This document shows positions 55,133 through 64,000 of a stretch of DNA of 64,000 nucleotides, one piece after another. The notes under the pieces were generated by a model. It made no database searches. It worked only from the letters and a program-made list of their open reading frames with translations, and had not been told where the DNA came from. Numbering within the stretch: position 1 is the stretch's first letter; each line of letters starts with the position of its first letter. Both the position numbers and the translations under genes were made by a program. Source of the stretch: Gallionellaceae bacterium UBA2239 (GTDB taxonomy: Bacteria; Pseudomonadota; Gammaproteobacteria; Burkholderiales; UBA9220); the NCBI GenBank assembly GCA_002347615.1, contig DDYH01000041.1:26300-90299 (forward strand), read 5' to 3'.

Positions 55133-55723
55133 ATGTCAGTCGCCGCCGCCATTTTCTCCGAAAGCCAATCCCGTTTGTTCCGCTGGTTGTTCGGGCAGCC
55201 CGAGCGCAGTTTTCACCTCAGTGAATTGCGTCGGCTAACCGGTTTGGGCAGCGCTTCGCTTCAACGGGAACTGCGAAAACTCACCGAATCAGGCGTTGTT
55301 TCTTCGGAACGGGTCGGCAATCTCCGCAGATTCCAGGCCAACCCGAAGAGTCCGATTTTCGGCGAATTGGTGGCCTTGACGAGAAAGACACTGGGGGCCG
55401 AACCGATGTTGCGCGAAGCCTTGTCCCCCTTGATGCCGCGCCTGCGCACGGCGTGGATATATGGTTCCGTAGCCAAGCAAACCGACACCGCCCAGAGCGA
55501 CGTCGATGTGATGCTGGTGGGAGAGAATCTGGCACTGGGGGAAGTCCTTGAGCGGGTGCTTCCGCTGGAGGCTGAGTTGGGCAGGAAGATCAATCCGACC
55601 TGTTATTCGCCTGCCGAATTCGAACGTCGCCGGGCCGAGCCGGATTCCTTCGTCAATCGCGTTCTTGCCCAGCCTATCCTTCCTTTGATCGGAGAGGTCG
55701 ATGAGCTTGCCGTCCCTCGATAA
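55133..55723 (+). CDS. winged-helix DNA-binding domain fused to a MNT-type nucleotidyltransferase domain
   Basis: FHLSELRRLTGLGSASLQRELRKLTESGVV is the wHTH, followed by IYGSVAKQTDTAQSDVDVMLV (GS-x10-DxD). The tataat at 55121-55126 is 6 nt upstream of the ATG, so the mRNA may be leaderless. The ORF track start at 55106 is a TTG inside the promoter. Confidence 0.72.
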   Translation: MSVAAAIFSESQSRLFRWLFGQPERSFHLSELRRLTGLGSASLQRELRKLTESGVVSSERVGNLRRFQANPKSPIFGELVALTRKTLGAEPMLREALSPLMPRLRTAWIYGSVAKQTDTAQSDVDVMLVGENLALGEVLERVLPLEAELGRKINPTCYSPAEFERRRAEPDSFVNRVLAQPILPLIGEVDELAVPR

Positions 55724-55784
55724 TCGATCATCTTCCCTCGAACTTCAGTGGTCGGACAGTATCAAATGGGATACTATTATTGCC

Positions 55785-55999
55785 ATGAAAAACAATCCGC
55801 GGGATTGGCGGATTGATGACCTGATTGCGGTGGCGCGGCAGTTTGGTATTGAGTGCCGTAACCATGGTGGCAGCCACCACATTTTAGCTATCCGGGCGTG
55901 GAGGACGACGTGTCGGTGCCGGCGCATCGGCCGATCAAACCGATCTATATCCGCCAGTTCCTGATACTAGTGGACAGCGTGAAGGAGTTACAGCGATGA
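55785..55999 (+). pseudogene. hicA: hicA toxin gene with a 1-nt frameshift near 55881
   Basis: Frame 1 reads MKNNPRDWRIDDLIAVARQFGIECRNHGGSHH. Continuation in the next frame reads (H)FSYPGVEDDVSVPAHRPIKPIYIRQFLILVDSVKELQR and ends in a TGA overlapping the hicB ATG. The uninterrupted frame instead ends at 55964 with unrelated residues. Confidence 0.65.
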
Positions 56000-56409
56000 G
56001 CCAGGATTCGATCAAGAAAATTCAGCGGGTGAAACCGCCGTATTCCTTCGAGGCTTATGCCCACGTTGTGAGCCCTTTGGCGGAGGAGGAGGGCGGTGGT
56101 TTTCTGATTACCTTTCCTGACCTACCCGGCTGCATGTCGGACGGCGAAAGCGAAGAGGGAGCGGTGGCGAATGGCCGTGACGCGTTCGAGTCCTGGATTT
56201 CCGCGCGGGTTGATGCCGGCAAGGCGATTCCCGAGCCGGCATATCGCCCGGAAGCCGTGCCATCAGCGTCCGGCCGATTCGTGACCCGCCTGCCGAAGTC
56301 GATCCACGCAAAACTCGCCGAACGTGCCAAGGCGGAGGGGGTAAGCCTGAACGCCCTGGTGCTGGCTTATATTGCCGAAGGGCTTGGGCGCAAGGATGCC
56401 CATGTTTGA
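55996..56409 (+). CDS. hicB: HicB antitoxin (HicB fold plus C-terminal ribbon-helix-helix)
   Basis: 137 aa; FLITFPDLPGCMSDGESEE is followed by FVTRLPKSIHAKLAERAKAEGVSLNALVLAYIAEGL. Confidence 0.85.
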   Translation: MSQDSIKKIQRVKPPYSFEAYAHVVSPLAEEEGGGFLITFPDLPGCMSDGESEEGAVANGRDAFESWISARVDAGKAIPEPAYRPEAVPSASGRFVTRLPKSIHAKLAERAKAEGVSLNALVLAYIAEGLGRKDAHV

Positions 56410-56454
56410 GTGCATCGGGCAAAGATCGAATTCGGATGGCCGGCGATAGCCGGC

Positions 56455-56826
56455 TTACTGTGCTTGTCGGCGTGCCCGCCGCCACACCCGCCAATAAACC
56501 CACCCGTTCACCGCCAGCACCAGGGCTCCCAAGGCCCATTGCACCTCCCGCGTCAGCCCTTCCGGATAGAGGGCGGCCAACAGGTAGTGCTCCACGAAGC
56601 CCCCCGTGTATCCCTCCTGCGCTCCCCTGCCCCGGAGCCAGTTCTCCAGGGGCGTGAGGGGGCAGATGCCGCCGCTGAACTCGATCCACGCCCCCCACAG
56701 GGCCGCCGGCAGGTGCAGCCAGGCGGCCTTGGGCCGGCGCAAGGCCAGCAGCCCGCCCAGCATGACGAAGGCCACGAAGGACAGGTGCAGGAAGACGATG
56801 CCGTCGGCGAGAAGTCGGTAGATCAT
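56455..56826 (-). CDS. DUF2784-family membrane protein
   Basis: 123 aa; three to four TM helices and a GGICPLTPLENWLR motif. Confidence 0.7.
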   Translation of the reverse strand: MIYRLLADGIVFLHLSFVAFVMLGGLLALRRPKAAWLHLPAALWGAWIEFSGGICPLTPLENWLRGRGAQEGYTGGFVEHYLLAALYPEGLTREVQWALGALVLAVNGWVYWRVWRRARRQAQ

Positions 56827-56933
56827 GGTGGCTAAACCGGGTGAACGCCTTTATTGTAGTTTCTTGATCCATCCGGGTTTACACCCCTTCGCCCTTTGTG
56901 GAACATGGCTCTATCAACACGAGAGCGGCGTTC

Positions 56934-58865
56934 ATGACCGGCGTTTTCCAGAAACTCAGTTCCAAGCTCATCGGCATCCTGGTGGCCTTCTTCCTGGTGG
57001 CCCTGGTGGCCATCGGGCTCACCCTTTACGTTTCCTGGCAGCTGGAGGGCGGCGCGGCGGCCATCAACGACGCCGGCAGCGAGCGCATGCGCTCCTACCG
57101 CCTGGCCTACCTGCTCAACCACGACATCTACCACGCCGTGGATGGGGGGGTGATGGAGCGGGAAGTGCGGGCCGACATGGCGACCTTCGAGAAGACCCTG
57201 GCCGACCTGGAGCGGGGCGATCCCCTGCGCCCCCTGTCCCTGCCCCGCAACGCCGAGGTGATGGCCCAGATGGCGGGGCTGAAAAGCGAGTGGCAGGGCA
57301 ACATCAAGCCCCTGCTGGAGGAGGTGCTCGCCAGCCCCGACCCGGCGGCCCGCAAGACCCTGCTGCGCTCCTATCGTCCGGCGGTGGAGCGCTACGTGGG
57401 CATGATCAACGAGCTGGTGCTGCGCATCGAGCAGGACAACGCCCACAAGACCAGCCTGCTGCGCACCATCCAGCTGTCCCTGGTGGCCATGGCCAGCGTC
57501 GGCACGGTGCTGCTGATCTTCCTCATGTTCCTGCTCATCCTCCGTCCCATCCGTCGGCTCCAGGAGGGCATCCGGCGCATGGCGGCGGAGGACTTCAGCT
57601 TCCGCGTGCCGGTGCGCACCCGGGACGAGTTCGGCGACCTGGCCTACGGCTTCAACCACATGGCCGACCACCTGCAAAACCTCTACGCCACCCTGGAACA
57701 GCGGGTGGAGGTGAAGACCCGCAGCCTGGAGGAGAAGAACCAGGAACTGGCCCTGCTGTACGAAATCACCGCCTTCCTCAACGAGCCGGCGTCGGTGGAG
57801 GAGCTGTGCCGCCGCTTCCTGCGTCGCCTGATGGTGCAGTTCGGCGCCCACGGCGGCGCGGTTCGGCTGGTGGACGTCCCCATCCAGACCCTGCACCTGA
57901 TGGTGACCGAAGGCCTGTCGGAGGACTTCTTCCGCAAGGAATCCTGCCTCGACATGGGCGAATGCGTCTGCGGCGGCGCCGCCCGAGACGAGAAGCCGGT
58001 GTTCATGGACCTGGACCAGCCCACGGACCGGCCCCTGCTTTACAACTGCAAGCACGAGGGCTACCGCACCGTGTCGGTGTTCACCATCCGGGTGAAGAAG
58101 CGCCTGCTGGGCATTTTCAACCTGTATTTCTACGAGGGCCGCAGCTTCACCCCCCAGGAGGTGCAGCTGCTGGAAACCGTGGGCCAGCACCTGGGGGTGG
58201 CCATCGAGAACCAGCGGCTGGTGTCCCGGGAAAAGGAACTGGCCATCTCCGAGGAGCGCAACCTGCTGGCCCAGGAACTGCACGACAGCATCGCCCAGGG
58301 TCTGGCCTTCCTCAACATCCAGGTGCAGCTGCTGGAGGACTCCCTCAAGCGTGGCAACGAGCAGGAGGCCATGGAATCCCTGCCCCATATCCGCGAAGGG
58401 GTGCAGGAAAGCTACGACGACGTGCGGGAACTGCTGGTGCATTTCCGCACCCGGGTCCACCACTCCGACCTGGAGGGCGCCATCCGCAGCACCCTGGAGA
58501 AGTTCGAGGGCCAGACCGGCATCAGGGCCGCCATCGAGATCAGCGGCGCCGGCGCCCCCCTGGACCCGGAATACGAAACCCAGGTGCTGCACATCGTCCA
58601 GGAAGCCCTGTCCAACGTGCGCAAGCATGCCGGGGCCAGCGAGGTGAAAGTGTCCCTGGAACGGGACGGCGCCTACGCTATCTTGGTGCGGGACAACGGG
58701 AGGGGCTTCGACCCCCGGCACGAGCCCGGCGATTCCCACGTGGGCCTCAACATCATGAAGGAGCGGGCCCACCGCATCGGCGGGAGGCTGGAAGTCGCCT
58801 CCGAACCCGGCGCCGGCACCGAAGTCCGCCTTACTCTGGCCAAAATCCAACAGGAGGCTGCATGA
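56934..58865 (+). CDS. narX: nitrate/nitrite sensor histidine kinase (NarX/NarQ type)
   Basis: It has the periplasmic P-box INDAGSERMRSYRLAYLL, HAMP, a GAF-like central region, a HisKA_3 H-box (LAQELHDSIAQGL), and an HATPase. The start is taken at MTGVFQKL; the ORF begins at 56898. Confidence 0.85.
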   Translation: MTGVFQKLSSKLIGILVAFFLVALVAIGLTLYVSWQLEGGAAAINDAGSERMRSYRLAYLLNHDIYHAVDGGVMEREVRADMATFEKTLADLERGDPLRPLSLPRNAEVMAQMAGLKSEWQGNIKPLLEEVLASPDPAARKTLLRSYRPAVERYVGMINELVLRIEQDNAHKTSLLRTIQLSLVAMASVGTVLLIFLMFLLILRPIRRLQEGIRRMAAEDFSFRVPVRTRDEFGDLAYGFNHMADHLQNLYATLEQRVEVKTRSLEEKNQELALLYEITAFLNEPASVEELCRRFLRRLMVQFGAHGGAVRLVDVPIQTLHLMVTEGLSEDFFRKESCLDMGECVCGGAARDEKPVFMDLDQPTDRPLLYNCKHEGYRTVSVFTIRVKKRLLGIFNLYFYEGRSFTPQEVQLLETVGQHLGVAIENQRLVSREKELAISEERNLLAQELHDSIAQGLAFLNIQVQLLEDSLKRGNEQEAMESLPHIREGVQESYDDVRELLVHFRTRVHHSDLEGAIRSTLEKFEGQTGIRAAIEISGAGAPLDPEYETQVLHIVQEALSNVRKHAGASEVKVSLERDGAYAILVRDNGRGFDPRHEPGDSHVGLNIMKERAHRIGGRLEVASEPGAGTEVRLTLAKIQQEAA

Positions 58866-59530
58866 TCCGCGTACTCATCGTCGACGATCACACCCTGTTC
58901 CGCAGCGGCATCAAGCTGCTGCTGCAGCGCCAGGAAGGCTTCGAGGTGGCGGGGGAGGCCGGCGACGGCCTGGAGGGCATCAAGCGCGCCAAGCAGCTCA
59001 GCCCCGACGTGGTGCTGCTGGACCTGCACATGCCCGGCGTCTCCGGCCGGGAGGCGGTGAAAACCATCAACGAGGAGGTGCCCGGGGCGAGGGTGGTGAT
59101 GCTCACCGTGTCCGAAGACGCGGAAGACCTGGTGGACTGCCTGCGGGCCGGCGCCGCCGGCTACCTGCTGAAGAACATCGAAACCGAGTTCCTGGTGGAC
59201 GCCATCCAGCGCGCCGCCCGGGGCGAATCGGTGATGTCCCCCCAGATGACCGGCAAGCTGGTGCAGGAACTGCGCCACCCCAAGGAGGCCGCCGCGCCCT
59301 CAGCGGAGGGCGAACGGGAAAAGCTTTCGCCGCGGGAGATGGAAATCATCCTGTTGCTGGCCAAGGGCGCCAGCAACAAGGAAGTGGCCCGGGCCCTGAA
59401 CGTGGCCGAAAGCACGGTGAAAATCCACGTCCAGAACATCCTCAAGAAGCTCAACCTGAGCAGCCGTGTGCAGGCGGCGGTGTACGCGGTGGAGCACGGT
59501 CTGGTGCAGAGGGAAGAGCAGGCGGGGTAG
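58862..59530 (+). CDS. narL: NarL/FixJ-family response regulator
   Basis: Start at MIRVLIVDDH (ATGA overlap with the narX stop). Receiver domain plus a LuxR-type HTH (LSPREMEIILLLAKGASNKEVARALNVAESTVKIHV). Confidence 0.9.
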   Translation: MIRVLIVDDHTLFRSGIKLLLQRQEGFEVAGEAGDGLEGIKRAKQLSPDVVLLDLHMPGVSGREAVKTINEEVPGARVVMLTVSEDAEDLVDCLRAGAAGYLLKNIETEFLVDAIQRAARGESVMSPQMTGKLVQELRHPKEAAAPSAEGEREKLSPREMEIILLLAKGASNKEVARALNVAESTVKIHVQNILKKLNLSSRVQAAVYAVEHGLVQREEQAG

Positions 59531-59536
59531 GGTTTT

Positions 59537-59646
59537 CTCCCTCCCCCTTGACGGGGGAGGGTCGGGGTGGGGGTGAAGTCAGCGTCAGAAGACAAGTTGT
59601 CGTTCCTCACCCCCATCCCAGCCTTCCCCCGTCAAGGGGGAAGGGG
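59537..59646. repeat. pair of inverted REP/BIME-like units
   Basis: ctccctcccccttgacgggggagggtcggggtgggggtgaag (59537-59578) and cctcacccccatcccagccttcccccgtcaagggggaagggg (59605-59646) lie in opposite orientation. Confidence 0.6.
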
Positions 59647-59751
59647 TGTTGCGTAGTTCCCCTACTCCCCGCAGCAGCGTCGGGCATACATGCCCGAACG
59701 TGCTTGAGCCGTGTTGGGCACTTGTGCCCAACCTGCGCCACCTGCGCTACA

Positions 59752-60453
<702 letters not shown>

Positions 60454-60524
60454 GGCGGTCTCCGGTCAGGTCAAAAAAAAGCGCCCAGTCTACCGGCGCA
60501 GGGGTTGCGGTCAAGCGACATATA

Positions 60525-60549
60525 TCCCCTCTCCCAAGAGGAGAGGGGA
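60525..60549. repeat. single REP-like hairpin unit
   Basis: tcccctctcccaagaggagagggga, related to the units at 9520-9545. Confidence 0.4.
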
Positions 60550-60551
60550 GG

Positions 60552-61955
<1,404 letters not shown>

Positions 61956-62193
61956 TTTCGCCCTGGGCCATTGTTTGTAATGGAGGCTTCAGCGAGCGCG
62001 GCCTGGATCTGCCTCGTAGCAGCGCGACCCGAAACGCCGCCGTTTTGAACTTTAGCCCCCTTCCCGGCTTATTCAAGCCAGGGCTGCGAAATAGCCATCC
62101 GGAAGCGATATGTCGCCGCAGGCGGGGGCAGTACCCCAAGTGCCGCGAGAGATGCCACAATGGGGGCATGGATTTGGCCGAAGGGGAGGCAGA

Positions 62194-63051
62194 ATGAAAA
62201 GCCGCTTTTATCTCGCCCGCAAAGGGCTGTTCCGCGTATTCCACCTGGCGCTGGCCGCGTGGTTCGCGGCCCTTGCCGTCGTTCCGGCGTATGCCGCGGC
62301 GGAGTATTCCTTCGCCGTGGTGCCGCAGTTCGAGCGGCGCAAGGTGTTCGCCATCTGGCAGCCCATCGTGGACGAGCTGCAGAAGCGCTCCGGGGTGAAG
62401 CTCAAGCTGACCACCACCCTGACGGTGGTGGAATACGGCCAGCAGATGCGCAAGGGGGCCTACGACTTCGTCTTCACCAATCCCTATTACGTGCTCAAGT
62501 TCTACCCCATCCAGGGTTACCAGCCCCTGGTGCGGGACGCGAAGAACCTGCGGGGCATCGTGGTGGTGCGCAAGGACAGTCCGATCCAGCGGCCGGAGGA
62601 TCTCCAGGGCAAGACCGTCGCGGTGCCCACCCTGAACGCCTTCGGCGCCAGCCTGATGGTGCAGGCGGACCTGGCGAACCAGTTCCAGGTGAAGGTGGCG
62701 GTGAAGGACGCCAAGACCCATACCTCGGCCTATTTCCAGACCATCAACGGCCTGGTGGATGCCGCCGGCGGGGTGCAGAAGACCCTCCAGGAGCAGGAGC
62801 CGGCGGTGCGGGACGCGCTGCGGGTGGTGTATACCACCGGGGAATTGCCGTCCCATCCCCTGGCGGCCCATCCCCGGGTGCCGAAGAAGGTGCAGGACAA
62901 GATTCGCGCCGCCTTCCTGGCCATGGCCGAGGACCCGGCGATGAAGCCGCTGCTGGACAAGGTGCCGATGCAGAAGGCGGTGGCCGCCCGCATGGACGAC
63001 TATCTGCCGGCGGCCAAGCTGGGGCTGGACCGCTACTGGGTTGAGGAGTGA
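62194..63051 (+). CDS. PhnD-like periplasmic substrate-binding protein
   Basis: Start at MKSRFYLARKG with a signal peptide ending AYAAAEYSFAVVPQ. The fold is PhnD/TIGR01098-like. The ligand is unknown. Confidence 0.72.
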   Translation: MKSRFYLARKGLFRVFHLALAAWFAALAVVPAYAAAEYSFAVVPQFERRKVFAIWQPIVDELQKRSGVKLKLTTTLTVVEYGQQMRKGAYDFVFTNPYYVLKFYPIQGYQPLVRDAKNLRGIVVVRKDSPIQRPEDLQGKTVAVPTLNAFGASLMVQADLANQFQVKVAVKDAKTHTSAYFQTINGLVDAAGGVQKTLQEQEPAVRDALRVVYTTGELPSHPLAAHPRVPKKVQDKIRAAFLAMAEDPAMKPLLDKVPMQKAVAARMDDYLPAAKLGLDRYWVEE

Positions 63052-63059
63052 GACGGGAA

Positions 63060-64000
63060 TGAGGCTCTGGGGCGGAAGCGTCCGCTCGAAAATCATCCTG
63101 CCGATTCTCGCCACGGCCCTGGTGCTGGGGGGCTACCTCTACGGCGTGTGGCTGCCGGAGGAGTTGCGGCACGAGGAGAAGGACCACCTGGAACTGACCC
63201 AGCGGCACCTGGAGAGCGTGGCGGAGGGGTTGTTTCCCCTCATGGTCAGCGAGCAGCTCGACGCCATCTACGAGAACCTGTCGGTGCTGAAGCAGCAGAA
63301 TTCCACCTGGGTTTCCATTCGCCTGCTCAACCGGGACGGGCAGCAGCTCTATCCCCTGATGCTGGGCGATCAGGGGGCGAAGGCGGCGGAGTCCGAGGAC
63401 GTGCGTCTGGTGCGGCTGCCCATACACTCCCAGAGCGTGCTGCTGGGCTGGCTGGTGGTGAAAATCGACCTGGGGCCAACCATGGACGCGGTGAGGGAGC
63501 AATACAGGCGGCAGGCCGGGATCTTCGGCGGCCTGGTGTTGCTGATGGCGCTCGGGGTGATGGTCACGATGGAGGCCGCGGTGACTCATCCCCTGAGGGA
63601 ACTGGCGGAGGCGGCGCGGGGGCTGGCCAGGCGGCAATTCGATACCCGGCTGCCCAAGACCTCCGGCGACGAAGTGGGCTCCCTGGTGGAAAGCTTCGCC
63701 GCCATGCGGGAGGACCTGCGCGCCTACCAGAACAGCCTGGAAACGGAGATCGCCGAGCACCAGCGAGCCGAGCGGGCCCTGCAGGAACTGAACGCGACCC
63801 TGGAAACCCGGGTGCGGGAGGAGGTGGAGAACAACCGCCAGAAAGACCATCTCATGATCCAGCAATCCCGCTCGGCGGCCATGGGGGAACTTGCCCACAA
63901 CATCGCCCACCAGTGGCGCCAGCCCCTCAACAAGATCGCCCTGCTGGCGACCAACCTGGGGGACGACTACGCCGACGGCGCCCTGACGGCGGAAACCCTG
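63060..64000 (+). CDS. sensor histidine kinase (TM, HAMP, coiled coil, H-box); 3-prime end off window
   Basis: Own translation from the ATG at 63060 gives MRLWGGSVRSKIILPILATALV, then the HAMP region LAEAARGLARRQFDTRLPKTSGDEVGSLVESF, then the H-box MGELAHNIAHQWRQPLN. Confidence 0.8.

Overview
High-GC proteobacterial chromosome segment. The gene content resembles a facultatively lithotrophic betaproteobacterium, but the taxon cannot be fixed from the sequence alone. All calls come from reading the supplied ORF translations plus my own translation and hand folding; no searches or statistics were run. Layout: (1) 1-5.4 kb, minus-strand exporter block: MacA/MacB-type pump, APS kinase cysC, and a Wzm/Wzt-like polysaccharide ABC exporter. 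(2) 5.5-9.5 kb: a Cpx-like envelope-stress unit with an OmpR-family regulator, a kinase, a GT4 glycosyltransferase, and a divergent Spy/CpxP-like gene. (3) 9.6-13.6 kb: soxXYZAB with no soxCD. (4) 13.8-22.9 kb: bepA-like protease, moaC, an ArsR-rhodanese fusion regulator, then rhodanese-tusA-dsrE3-lbpA and a LipS/sLpl(AB)/GGR-type lipoate-assembly set. No shdr core genes are in the window. (5) 23-26.4 kb: FadL-type porin, a secreted DUF302-like protein, and a cytochrome b. (6) 26.4-34.8 kb: island with a group-1d-like O2-tolerant [NiFe] hydrogenase (small, large, cytochrome b, protease) followed by a chemoreceptor, bracketed by decayed IS1380-like and IS30-like transposase genes. (7) 35.1-35.9 kb: tRNA-Val, tRNA-Arg and tRNA-Ser with an integrative-element scar. 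(8) 36-39 kb: lysC, a solo hicB-like gene, and pgsA-like. (9) 39.2-46.1 kb: second island behind a decayed IS4 gene, carrying GT9, GtrA/ArnT-like, flippase-like, PAP2 and GST genes. (10) 46-49.7 kb: mosaic of gene stubs, queD, a radical SAM gene, and a CDF transporter. (11) 49.7-64 kb: ndh, tRNA-Ser, guaB/guaA, a wHTH-nucleotidyltransferase gene, hicAB, narXL, a yecA-like gene, fumC, and a PhnD-like binding protein plus a kinase. The most unusual observation is a set of hairpin-forming insertions bounded by short-period tandem-repeat inverted repeats. All sit in spacers between co-directional genes, three of them in spacers of only 5-7 nt. Two carry a single gene (GxxExxY inside the macB operon; a four-helix-bundle, Avd-family protein between guaB and guaA), and two are empty.
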